Sequence record: NC_047815.1
Length of the DNA stretch: 64,000 nucleotides
Direction: 5' to 3' (one strand)
Under the pieces are notes generated by a model. That model searched no databases. It was not told the origin of the DNA and saw only the letters and a list, made by a program, of their open reading frames with translations. Both the position numbers and the translations under genes were made by a program. Below are positions 38,654-46,766 of the stretch, piece by piece (position 1 is the stretch's first letter; each line of letters begins with the position of its first letter).

Positions 38654-38660
38654 AAATTAG
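38654..38660 (-). promoter_or_regulatory. CTAATTT promoter-like motif upstream of endolysin
   Basis: 30 nt upstream of 38624. Confidence 0.5.
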
Positions 38661-38664
38661 CATA

Positions 38665-38695
38665 GAAACAAGAAAGGGCGCCCGAAGGCACCCTG
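38665..38695 (-). terminator. Intrinsic terminator with cUUCGg loop
   Basis: AGGGUGCC-UUCG-GGCGCCCUUUCUUGUUU. Confidence 0.7.
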
Positions 38696-38815
38696 TTAGT
38701 TACGCTTGCTGTCGAGCCATACAAAAATCGCAAAAGCAATACCAACTACAACCAACACGATACCGCTCACGATCAATTCTGACTGATAGGCTGTTAAACT
38801 CTGATTATTGCCCAC
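38696..38815 (-). CDS. 39-aa single-TM mini-protein (below the ORF-track cutoff)
   Basis: GTG..TAA: MGNNQSLTAYQSELIVSGIVLVVVGIAFAIFVWLDSKRN; fills the gap up to the terminator. Confidence 0.55.
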   Translation of the reverse strand: MGNNQSLTAYQSELIVSGIVLVVVGIAFAIFVWLDSKRN

Positions 38816-39126
38816 AGGATTATTCCGTTCAAGATACCAACATCTACGACATACAACTTAGGCCAGAAGCCAAACCCATGAGTGTGCTGCACAAGTTCCG
38901 TGTAGACAACACTCATCAACGCTGATAAGCAACAGAACACGAGAACACATATGGCTGCGCGTATCATATCTACTTCAACAAAACAAACGAGGCTGGTCAC
39001 TAACAAGACGCTTACGGAAGCAACATTGAAGCCCACTCGATCTGGTCCTTTAAGAATAGCAGGACTGGTAAGGAGGGCTGCAATGATGCACAGCCAACCA
39101 ACAGCACTAGCATCTACGGACAGCAT
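38794..39126 (-). CDS. 110-aa multi-TM membrane protein, holin candidate
   Basis: Three to four hydrophobic segments; upstream of endolysin; TGATG overlap start. Confidence 0.5.
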   Translation of the reverse strand: MLSVDASAVGWLCIIAALLTSPAILKGPDRVGFNVASVSVLLVTSLVCFVEVDMIRAAICVLVFCCLSALMSVVYTELVQHTHGFGFWPKLYVVDVGILNGIILWAIIRV

Positions 39127-39842
39127 CACTCTACCCCTTGATTACCAACGCGAGCGTCAACGATGTTGTCTACCTTGTTGACGTTGCCTTGAATATAACC
39201 CAGCTCAAAGATCTGCACGTCATGCTTGAGGACAGCTTCACCAAGAGTCTGACAACGACCGCTGTTAATATCACGGAACGCTGCACACAGTCGGCTTGTT
39301 ACAGGCTGTGCGAGAATCTTGATCAAACGATGACGATTGATAGGACTCAGGGTGATTGGAATACCGTCCACCAGCTTAGCGATAGTGCCACCTCCACCAT
39401 TGTAAATCCACGTACAGATAGCGGCAGTAACTGGCTTCTGATGTGTCTTTGATGGTAAGGTGTAGATGAACGTCATCATGCTGTGGAACAAGCTGTTTGC
39501 AATAGCACGGCGTTTCAGATCTTCGAGATAGCTGCCAACTGGAACGAGCTTGGCTTTGCTTGGTTGTTTGTCCTCAATAGAAGTTGAGACGTCGAGACCG
39601 TAACGTGACAACAGTTCACGATGACCAAACACCCAAACAATGTGAGTATGCAGATCACGAATGCTTGATGCATTACGATCATACTCACGCGTACCAACAA
39701 CAAAGATATGCTTGTGATATTTGCCTGCAGGATCAAGGAAGCCTGACTGAGGAACAAATGTCACACGCTTTGCTTGACCAGTTTTCAACAAGTGACCAAA
39801 CACCTGCTCTGGACTATGATCAGTAACGGCGATTACAGGCAT
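39126..39842 (-). CDS. Hypothetical 238-aa protein
   Basis: Coupled ORF. Confidence 0.7.
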   Translation of the reverse strand: MPVIAVTDHSPEQVFGHLLKTGQAKRVTFVPQSGFLDPAGKYHKHIFVVGTREYDRNASSIRDLHTHIVWVFGHRELLSRYGLDVSTSIEDKQPSKAKLVPVGSYLEDLKRRAIANSLFHSMMTFIYTLPSKTHQKPVTAAICTWIYNGGGGTIAKLVDGIPITLSPINRHRLIKILAQPVTSRLCAAFRDINSGRCQTLGEAVLKHDVQIFELGYIQGNVNKVDNIVDARVGNQGVE

Positions 39843-40138
39843 GGTGTCGAATCATCCTTGCTTTTTCCCCAAACACGATCTATGATGCGCTCACGAATGG
39901 CTTTAGCCACAACTGGATGAGCATAGATAGTGTCACTGGCGATGCGTACCTGACAACTGTGTTGAATACGTTCTTCCATTTCAACAGGTTCAAAGTTCCA
40001 CGTTACAAGTCGTTCGACAAAGCTACGACGACGAGGAACACGAACAACTGCGGTCATGCGTGAATCTTCTACAATACGATAGTTGTGGTACTTAAAGAGA
40101 TTCTGGAAAATCTCATCGTAGTTTTTATAGTTCAGCAT
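39833..40138 (-). CDS. Hypothetical 101-aa protein, paralog of 40125-40427
   Basis: VEDSRM...ERL...DTIYAHP. Confidence 0.7.
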   Translation of the reverse strand: MLNYKNYDEIFQNLFKYHNYRIVEDSRMTAVVRVPRRRSFVERLVTWNFEPVEMEERIQHSCQVRIASDTIYAHPVVAKAIRERIIDRVWGKSKDDSTPCL

Positions 40139-40427
40139 CGGCTTTCCTTACATACTGTTCGAGGGCCCGCTTGACCTCTTGCGCATAATGCGGATGCACG
40201 TTGATCGTGTCATTAGTAATATGCGCACAGTCATCTGGTTCAGTGTGTGAGACAATGCGAGTACGGCTGCTGCCGAACAGACGTCGAATGATATTGTTCG
40301 GTATTTCTTCACGAACTGTTTTAATCAATCGGCTATCAACAACAACTTTGTAACGCGCAAACACACAGGGATTTGCCACGATGTTTTGTACAGAATAAAC
40401 AAGCGTGGTAGTTGGCTTTGTGATCAT
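40125..40427 (-). CDS. Hypothetical 100-aa protein, paralog of 39833-40138
   Basis: VVDSRL...RRL...DTINVHP. Confidence 0.7.
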   Translation of the reverse strand: MITKPTTTLVYSVQNIVANPCVFARYKVVVDSRLIKTVREEIPNNIIRRLFGSSRTRIVSHTEPDDCAHITNDTINVHPHYAQEVKRALEQYVRKADAEL

Positions 40428-42733
40428 GCTGCAACCTTCTCTAGCGTACTGCGTCCTTCACGCTTTGTAATCTTCCATCTGTTATCAGAAAACTCATCAT
40501 CCAGAGGCGTAATCCAGAAGATGTTCGGAACGATTTGCTTCAACACAGGCAAGAAGTTTTCTACCAAGTGATGAATAACGCTTTCGCTGCAATGAGATTC
40601 AGGCTCATCAAGCACTATGAAATTAGTACGACGGTTCTGAGGAATGAACGGCATGATTGCAATTGCATACAACAGACGGAAACAGTTTTGCTCTGCACCA
40701 CTCATGATACTGATATCGGTTGTCTGCTTTGATGCAACACGGGTGATTGATGCAACAACACCTTGCTTGTTAGTGCTGAGAGTAAAACGCATAGGCTCAG
40801 GAAACACGAGAGGACTGTATTCGTTGAGCTTGTCTTCAATCTGTTTCAAGCGACCTTCAACAGCACGCAGTTTAAGCGCGTTGTTTGAGTATGCCTTATA
40901 CAGGACTTCCAACACTTCACGACGATCAATCATCGGCTGGAGACGTTTCAGCTTCTGTCTGATTTCAGTCAAGGTTTCTTCGTAGTGGTCATGTTCCTGA
41001 ATACGTGACTGGAGTGCCTGTGCCTTACGCTCACGTTCAGCAATGTCAGAGGTCAGGGTTTTGATTTCCTGATCAGCAACAGTGTATTGCTTATCGATCT
41101 CTTTGAACGATTTCTCTGGACGATTAAACGCTTTCAAAGTCTGCTGGAGTTCTTGCAGAGTCTCAAGTTGCTCAATCTGGTTTTCAATATCACGCTGCTT
41201 GCCTTTAGGCTTCTCAACCTTTTTAGGACGACGCAATGATTCCAACTGAGTTGTCAGCTTGTCGAAACGTTTAGCCTTACCGTGTTGACGCACTACCTCT
41301 TCAATCTCGTCTTCAACAGACTTGAGTTTCTTTTCAAGGTCTTTGCGACGAAGTTTAGGACGCTTGACCTTGTTTTGTTTTAGGTCATCAAGCTCCGAAC
41401 GAAACGTGTGATACGCAATAGCATCATCACACTCACCGATAGTCTTCTCAGCACGACGGGCAGCTTTAGCCATGCTTTTAAGATCGACGTCTTGACTACA
41501 GGTAGGACAGGTTGTGCCATCATCAAGATGTTCATGCAGACGGTGATAAGCCTTTATGATTGCTCTGGCTTCTGCTCTTTCTTCTTGCGCCTCTTCAAGA
41601 GTTCGGCTAGGACTTTTGAGCTTAGCGAGGTCGTCACCCAACTCTTGGACTCTTCCACAGTAGGCGTCGTAGGCTTGTTCTTGTTCATCTAACTTTTCCA
41701 GGTCAGATTCAAGTTCCTCGCTTTGTTTAACGAGGGCGGTGTGCTGCTTGATAAGTTTCTTGGTATCAACAGTCTTTTTCAGACCAATCTTCTTGACAGC
41801 CTGTTCAAGTTCTGTGCGCTGCTGCTTGTACTCATCAAGTTCTTCGGCATACTCAGCATAAGCATCAAACAAGTTAAGCTGTTTGCGTAGGTGCTTGAGT
41901 TCCGCTTTAGCATCTTTGGAAGCAACACCAAGTTCTCGTATCTGTCGCAGGGTTTGTTCATACTGCTTGGCATTGTTGCGGACTGTGCTGAGGTTTACGA
42001 AAGCCTCATACAATTCGTTGCGCTGCTCTTTAAGCTGGTCACACTTACGGATAATCTTTTTCAGACGCTTGCGATCTTCGTCTGTTATCTTGGTCTGGTT
42101 CTGCTTGCGCTGGGTAACGTCCAGCATATCAGCTAAACCTTTCGATTCAGTTTCAGCATCACGCGCTGCATCAAGTCTTTTCTTGAGACTTGCCCGAATC
42201 TGATCATACACATCAAGGTTAAACAGCGAGGTCAGATACTGGAGACGCTCAGCAGGCTTTGCACGTTGAAACGGATGCGGTATCTGCGTTTGAATATAGC
42301 AGTAGCTGTAGAACTCATCGCTGTTCAGTGGAAAGTTACGACCAATCCAATCCCGCGCTACATCTTGACGGTCAACTTTCTGATCATCACCATCAAGAAA
42401 TATCTTGTACTTCTTTGCTGTCTGAATAACAGTAAGGTCTTTGCCTTGAGGCGTGCCCCACGTTAATTCGATTTCACTTTCTTTGTGACCCAGCATGTTA
42501 GTCTTGGCTTTCTTTGCCAAGGCTAGTGGGTCAGCTTCGAACAACAGGGTTGGGATAGCACCGAACATCAAGCTCTTGCCAACACCGTTCTTGTTGTTGC
42601 GAACATCTGGACTGTCAAGGTTCTCACCGCTGATAGTCGCAAATCCTTCAGTATCGAGACCGGTAAGTTCCAGTTCCTCGTAAGTGCCTACACGCTTTAA
42701 ACGAATAGACTTCAAGCGAATTCCATGCTGCAT
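40424..42733 (-). CDS. sbcC: SbcC/Rad50-like SMC ATPase (~769 aa)
   Basis: Walker A with insert (GEN..NGVGKS), coiled coils, CPTC zinc hook, MSGAE signature, FIVLDEPESH Walker B/D-loop. Confidence 0.92.
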   Translation of the reverse strand: MQHGIRLKSIRLKRVGTYEELELTGLDTEGFATISGENLDSPDVRNNKNGVGKSLMFGAIPTLLFEADPLALAKKAKTNMLGHKESEIELTWGTPQGKDLTVIQTAKKYKIFLDGDDQKVDRQDVARDWIGRNFPLNSDEFYSYCYIQTQIPHPFQRAKPAERLQYLTSLFNLDVYDQIRASLKKRLDAARDAETESKGLADMLDVTQRKQNQTKITDEDRKRLKKIIRKCDQLKEQRNELYEAFVNLSTVRNNAKQYEQTLRQIRELGVASKDAKAELKHLRKQLNLFDAYAEYAEELDEYKQQRTELEQAVKKIGLKKTVDTKKLIKQHTALVKQSEELESDLEKLDEQEQAYDAYCGRVQELGDDLAKLKSPSRTLEEAQEERAEARAIIKAYHRLHEHLDDGTTCPTCSQDVDLKSMAKAARRAEKTIGECDDAIAYHTFRSELDDLKQNKVKRPKLRRKDLEKKLKSVEDEIEEVVRQHGKAKRFDKLTTQLESLRRPKKVEKPKGKQRDIENQIEQLETLQELQQTLKAFNRPEKSFKEIDKQYTVADQEIKTLTSDIAERERKAQALQSRIQEHDHYEETLTEIRQKLKRLQPMIDRREVLEVLYKAYSNNALKLRAVEGRLKQIEDKLNEYSPLVFPEPMRFTLSTNKQGVVASITRVASKQTTDISIMSGAEQNCFRLLYAIAIMPFIPQNRRTNFIVLDEPESHCSESVIHHLVENFLPVLKQIVPNIFWITPLDDEFSDNRWKITKREGRSTLEKVAA

Positions 42734-42921
42734 CAAATATACTCTGAGATCTCTTCAACAAGAATGTTAGTTACGCCATGCTGCTTGGCCAGTTGATCAA
42801 GTTCACGCTCAGTAAAATCACGAGCGGATTCAGCCACAATAACCTGAGTTTGCGTGTCGTGTTTGTCGTTGTTTTCTTGGTTGTAGAAAGCGCGATAGGT
42901 AATAACTGGATGACGTTGCAT
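42733..42921 (-). CDS. Hypothetical 62-aa protein
   Basis: ATG at 42921 after GGAG. Confidence 0.6.
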   Translation of the reverse strand: MQRHPVITYRAFYNQENNDKHDTQTQVIVAESARDFTERELDQLAKQHGVTNILVEEISEYI

Positions 42922-42923
42922 AG

Positions 42924-43124
42924 CTATCTCCAACTACAAGTTGGTTGAACAAAGATATCCGAGCCGCGATACTGTGCTTTGATTGCATTCAGTTCTTGAG
43001 CTGGTGGGTTGTACGGAACTTCTTTGATGATTTCGAGTTCCGTTACAGGCTGATTAGTGTATGGATCAATATCAACAACGTGACGACAAATCTGGAATGC
43101 TGGGTGTGTTTTTAAACCGTACAT
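42924..43124 (-). CDS. Hypothetical 66-aa protein
   Basis: First gene after the CTGTAAATA motif at 43168. Confidence 0.6.
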   Translation of the reverse strand: MYGLKTHPAFQICRHVVDIDPYTNQPVTELEIIKEVPYNPPAQELNAIKAQYRGSDIFVQPTCSWR

Positions 43125-43167
43125 ATGTATACCTAATTCTGTTTAGTTGAGCAAGTTCTATACTGGT

Positions 43168-43176
43168 TATTTACAG
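43168..43176 (-). promoter_or_regulatory. CTGTAAATA promoter-like motif heading the sbcC operon
   Basis: Intergenic exact copy. Confidence 0.55.
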
Positions 43177-43191
43177 AATTTTCTCAGCCAG

Positions 43192-43223
43192 AAACAGAAA
43201 AGGGCGGCCCGTTAAGGCTGCCC
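43192..43223 (-). terminator. Intrinsic terminator
   Basis: GGGCGGCC-CGTTAA-GGCTGCCC hairpin with U-tail on minus. Confidence 0.65.
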
Positions 43224-43472
43224 AGAGAATTTGTGACGCTTGCCGCTATTCATGTAGTGGTCTGAGTAGAAAGGACCGCTAACGCCTTTCAGACCTAACT
43301 TGCGTTTGATCTTGTTCTTGCGTGCAAACTGAAACTTTAGGTGCTTGTTGCGTTCACGCTTGCGACTCATAGGCCAGTCACGCATCTGATTCTCAATACG
43401 ACGAAGACTCTGGTCTACTTTAACAAGTGCTTGGTAACTCTCATCAGCGGAGAAACTTATTACGATTTCCAT
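43212..43472 (-). CDS. Small basic 86-aa protein with MEIVISFSA N-terminus
   Basis: TGATG overlap start after AAGGAG; K/R-rich. Confidence 0.75.
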   Translation of the reverse strand: MEIVISFSADESYQALVKVDQSLRRIENQMRDWPMSRKRERNKHLKFQFARKNKIKRKLGLKGVSGPFYSDHYMNSGKRHKFSGQP

Positions 43473-43912
43473 CAACGTCTCCTTAAAGTCTTACGCTTGT
43501 CAGGATTAGTGCGTTTAGGTCGCTTGATCATGTGGTACGCTTTTCTGGATTGAGCGATCAAACGACGGAGTTCTTTGCGACGATCACGCTTGGCGTCGGT
43601 GTCTTTATCAGTGCCCTCATCGTTCTTCAAACGGTCGAGTTCCGCACTGAGTCTATCAATCTGTTGAGCACGGCCTAGCTTTTGTTGCTGCACACGGACA
43701 ATGTCCTGTTGTGTCTGACGACTACGCTGGGCGTGTTGCATCTTTTTACGAGCACCTTCAACAGGCTTACCTGCTGTTTGTGTCTCGGTTACATGACGTC
43801 GAGCTTTGGTCTCATTACGTCTCGCATTCTGCAATTCATTCTGACTGTTCTCAAGACTGACTCGTTGATTCTCAGTCATCTTGGATTGACTTAAACTGAT
43901 AAGGATTTCCAT
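43472..43912 (-). CDS. Basic coiled-coil 146-aa protein with MEILISLSQ N-terminus
   Basis: Start reassigned to the ATG after GGAG; R/K/Q-rich. Confidence 0.75.
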   Translation of the reverse strand: MEILISLSQSKMTENQRVSLENSQNELQNARRNETKARRHVTETQTAGKPVEGARKKMQHAQRSRQTQQDIVRVQQQKLGRAQQIDRLSAELDRLKNDEGTDKDTDAKRDRRKELRRLIAQSRKAYHMIKRPKRTNPDKRKTLRRR

Positions 43913-43925
43913 ACGTGCTCCAAAT

Positions 43926-43965
43926 AAAAAGGGGCTGACCACCGTGAAGATGAGTCAACCCCTTT
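43926..43965 (-). terminator. Intrinsic terminator
   Basis: AAAAGGGG.TGAC...GTCA.CCCCTTT. Confidence 0.55.
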
Positions 43966-44062
43966 CTGGTCAAGACGCGCTATGCGTCCGGCCTTCTGGC
44001 CTACCATACTTTTATTACCCTGTGTTGGTAACAGGGAGATAGGGATCACCTCCACGCAGGCA

Positions 44063-44530
44063 CTACTTAGCAAATTCATACGAACCTAACAACGAACTTG
44101 GTTTAAGTTGCATCTGCTCAACAGCAGGTTCAATGTCGCGTGTTTTGTAGTAGCTGATCAATTCCTGTTCTGTTCTGAACCATAGTAGTTCATCGCTTTT
44201 GAAAGGAACAATCAGAAACTGACGCTGACCAAGAACGTTAAGCGGCATATAAACATCACCGGTAAACGGTTGATTGCGTACTGGCAGCGTTTGCATCACA
44301 GTACGGAAATCATCTGCTGTGCGCATTTGGCGATCACCAATAATCCACACTGCGCCTTGTCCGCTGGTGGTCGCAACAACTGGACCATACACAGACATAA
44401 AGCGGCCGAACTCATCTGCATTGAATCGTGAACTACCAAACACAAAGCGGGATAGATTCTTCAAATCACTTGCGCTGAACGGCGGGCGCAAACGGCAGTG
44501 ATTCTTGTTCTTGACAATGAGACCAGACAT
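44063..44530 (-). CDS. Hypothetical 155-aa protein
   Basis: GAGGG RBS; CTAATTT motif at 44571-44577. Confidence 0.7.
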   Translation of the reverse strand: MSGLIVKNKNHCRLRPPFSASDLKNLSRFVFGSSRFNADEFGRFMSVYGPVVATTSGQGAVWIIGDRQMRTADDFRTVMQTLPVRNQPFTGDVYMPLNVLGQRQFLIVPFKSDELLWFRTEQELISYYKTRDIEPAVEQMQLKPSSLLGSYEFAK

Positions 44531-44570
44531 GGCAACGCCCTCATGGCTTGCAGTCTCTTGCTATAGACAT

Positions 44571-44577
44571 AAATTAG
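44571..44577 (-). promoter_or_regulatory. CTAATTT promoter-like motif
   Basis: 41 nt upstream of 44530. Confidence 0.5.
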
Positions 44578-44604
44578 CATTGAGGCTGAGTATTTGTGGA
44601 AGGA

Positions 44605-44635
44605 AAAAGTGAAAGGGAGACCGCAATGATCTCCC
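44605..44635 (-). terminator. Intrinsic terminator after dnaX
   Basis: GGGAGA...TCTCCC hairpin with U-rich tail on minus. Confidence 0.55.
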
Positions 44636-44642
44636 ACGTAAA

Positions 44643-45935
44643 TTAGTCCTTAGACCGCTTCTTTTTCTTCTTCACTTTCTTTTCAGACTTATCTGCATCA
44701 GTGTCAAACGGTACTACTTCCACACTCATCTTGCCGCTGTAGAGATCTGCCATAAGAGTTGTGACTAAACTCTCCAACATAATATCTGCTGGCACACTGG
44801 TATTGTTGAATGCTACTTCGGCGTCGGCAAGTGCTCGCTGCAAATAGATCAATCGAACGGGATTAACTTCAATCTTGTTCTGCTTGGCCATCGCAAGAAA
44901 CATCTTGAGTCCTGCTGTTTGCCACTTGTTCGTTTCGGCCATGTGACCGATGATGCCATGAATAACCCAACGTGCTTTCATCACAATCGCACGAGGATTA
45001 TTTGCTTCACGAAGGAACTGGATAACAGCTATCAAGTCCATATCCAGATAAGCACCAATCATGGAAACTGCTTTCGCTTCCATTTCGATTTCTGGATCGG
45101 CTGACGCAAGCTCGTTGACAAGTTCCTTATCAAACTTCTCACCACCAACAACTGACGAGTAGATTGTCTGCAACATGCCGATAGCACCACGCATCTGACC
45201 ACCAGCATACTCTGCTACTTGCTGAATAGCATCAGTGGCGCGATCAAGTGCTTTGTCTTTCTTAGGCAAGATGCCTTCTGTGTCTGCAATCTCTGTCAGA
45301 CGCTTGGCAATCACGTCTACTTTGATTGGCTGAATCGGAAGATTAGTAGCACGACTAACAATGGTCGGCTTCATCTTCTCTGGGTTCGTTGTAACAAAGA
45401 TCCACACAGTATGTTCTGGCGGTTCTTCTGTTGTCACAAGAAACTTGGATTCAGCTTGAGGACTCATGAGGTGTGCTTCGTCAAGAATAAACACACGACG
45501 CTTAAACATCGGACTGAGTGTTGCGCTGTCAATGATCTTTTGACTGCCATCAACTTTACCGTGGTCGCCACCCATATCATACTGCATGATATCAGGATGT
45601 GCATCTTTACCCATGTCCGCCATACGACATGACTGACACTTACCACAAGCACTAAACGAATCGCAGTTGATGTACTTGGCAATCAGACGAGCAAACGTTG
45701 TCTTGCCTGATCCATAATGACCAGTAACAAGAATGGTTGCAGGCACGATGCCGCTCTTTGTCCAACCACGAAAGATCTTAACGATGTGATCTTGACCCAC
45801 GTAATCAGCAATAACACGCGGACGATATTTCGCTGCGAAGTTTACTGTGGTCAGTTTAACAACTTCGGTAGATTCACCTTTCTTCTTCTTTTTAGGTTCA
45901 TCATCACCGAAACTGCGTTTTTTAACTTTTGCCAT
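44643..45935 (-). CDS. dnaX: Clamp loader ATPase, DNA pol III gamma/tau-like (430 aa)
   Basis: AAKYRP..DYVGQ.H, GHYGSGKTT.ARL.AK..NC, CGKCQSC zinc module, VFILDEAH, EEPP.H, SRA arginine finger. Confidence 0.92.
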   Translation of the reverse strand: MAKVKKRSFGDDEPKKKKKGESTEVVKLTTVNFAAKYRPRVIADYVGQDHIVKIFRGWTKSGIVPATILVTGHYGSGKTTFARLIAKYINCDSFSACGKCQSCRMADMGKDAHPDIMQYDMGGDHGKVDGSQKIIDSATLSPMFKRRVFILDEAHLMSPQAESKFLVTTEEPPEHTVWIFVTTNPEKMKPTIVSRATNLPIQPIKVDVIAKRLTEIADTEGILPKKDKALDRATDAIQQVAEYAGGQMRGAIGMLQTIYSSVVGGEKFDKELVNELASADPEIEMEAKAVSMIGAYLDMDLIAVIQFLREANNPRAIVMKARWVIHGIIGHMAETNKWQTAGLKMFLAMAKQNKIEVNPVRLIYLQRALADAEVAFNNTSVPADIMLESLVTTLMADLYSGKMSVEVVPFDTDADKSEKKVKKKKKRSKD

Positions 45936-45968
45936 TGTATGCCCTATTTAGTATATGCTCTCGTATGA

Positions 45969-45977
45969 TATTTACAG
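45969..45977 (-). promoter_or_regulatory. CTGTAAATA promoter-like motif upstream of dnaX
   Basis: Intergenic exact copy. Confidence 0.55.
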
Positions 45978-45995
45978 ATTTTAAGTCCTCAGACG

Positions 45996-46029
45996 AAAAA
46001 ATGGGACAGACCAAATCCATGGCTGTCCC
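45996..46029 (-). terminator. Intrinsic terminator
   Basis: GGGACAG...CTGTCCC with U-run on minus. Confidence 0.6.
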
Positions 46030-46112
46030 TGTATAAAATGTTTACATTCAATGAGCAATAAAGACACAATCCTAGGAAAATCCTAGAGGGCATTCACAGT
46101 GGCAACAGTGAA

Positions 46113-46316
46113 TTAGGCTACAAGCGAAAGTGAAGGTTCTACTCTTGCACTCACACTCGAAAACAGGTTAAACTCTGGTGGCGGGTTCTTGTCGATTCCG
46201 CTAATCAATTTTTCTACTTCTGTATAACTGCGAATGTCAGAACGAACAACGCGAGTTTCAAAGGTTCCATCTGGCCGGATTAAGTCGACCACTACACGGT
46301 AACAACTTCTCAGCAT
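46113..46316 (-). CDS. Hypothetical 67-aa protein
   Basis: GGGAG RBS; CTGTAAATA at 46375-46383. Confidence 0.65.
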   Translation of the reverse strand: MLRSCYRVVVDLIRPDGTFETRVVRSDIRSYTEVEKLISGIDKNPPPEFNLFSSVSARVEPSLSLVA

Positions 46317-46374
46317 TTTAATCTCCCACAGAAGGGACCAACATTGATCCCTGCTTTTTAACTTTGCTGCTCTA

Positions 46375-46383
46375 TATTTACAG
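46375..46383 (-). promoter_or_regulatory. CTGTAAATA promoter-like motif
   Basis: Intergenic exact copy. Confidence 0.55.
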
Positions 46384-46414
46384 AAACAACAAACTTCTGG
46401 GCGTGAGACTATTC

Positions 46415-46738
46415 TTATTTTTTCTCAATCTCTGAAATCTTGGCTTCAAGGCGATTGGTCAGCGAATCAATCACAGACTTGACACCATTAACGATTGAGA
46501 CTATCTCGGTGTGTTGTTGCTGTATCGAGGCAACAGCAGCACCAACAGTTTGTGCCTGTTCTGTGATAGTTTCAGCGCCATTACGAATCTTGGTAACGTG
46601 CTGATCGAGTTCTGAATTGACCTGATCAACATAACGTTGCGATTCGTTTGGATGACGCTTAGTCCACCACACGCCAAATGCAAAGCACAAGGCACCAAAC
46701 ACAATCATAGCAATTAACCAAAGGAAGTTGTTTCCCAT
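46415..46738 (-). CDS. 107-aa protein with N-terminal membrane anchor and coiled coil
   Basis: Start reassigned to MGNNFLWLIAMIVFGALCFAFGVWW after GGAG; heptad-like C-part. Confidence 0.75.
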   Translation of the reverse strand: MGNNFLWLIAMIVFGALCFAFGVWWTKRHPNESQRYVDQVNSELDQHVTKIRNGAETITEQAQTVGAAVASIQQQHTEIVSIVNGVKSVIDSLTNRLEAKISEIEKK

Positions 46739-46766
46739 ACCATATCTCCAAAAATAGTGTTGATTG

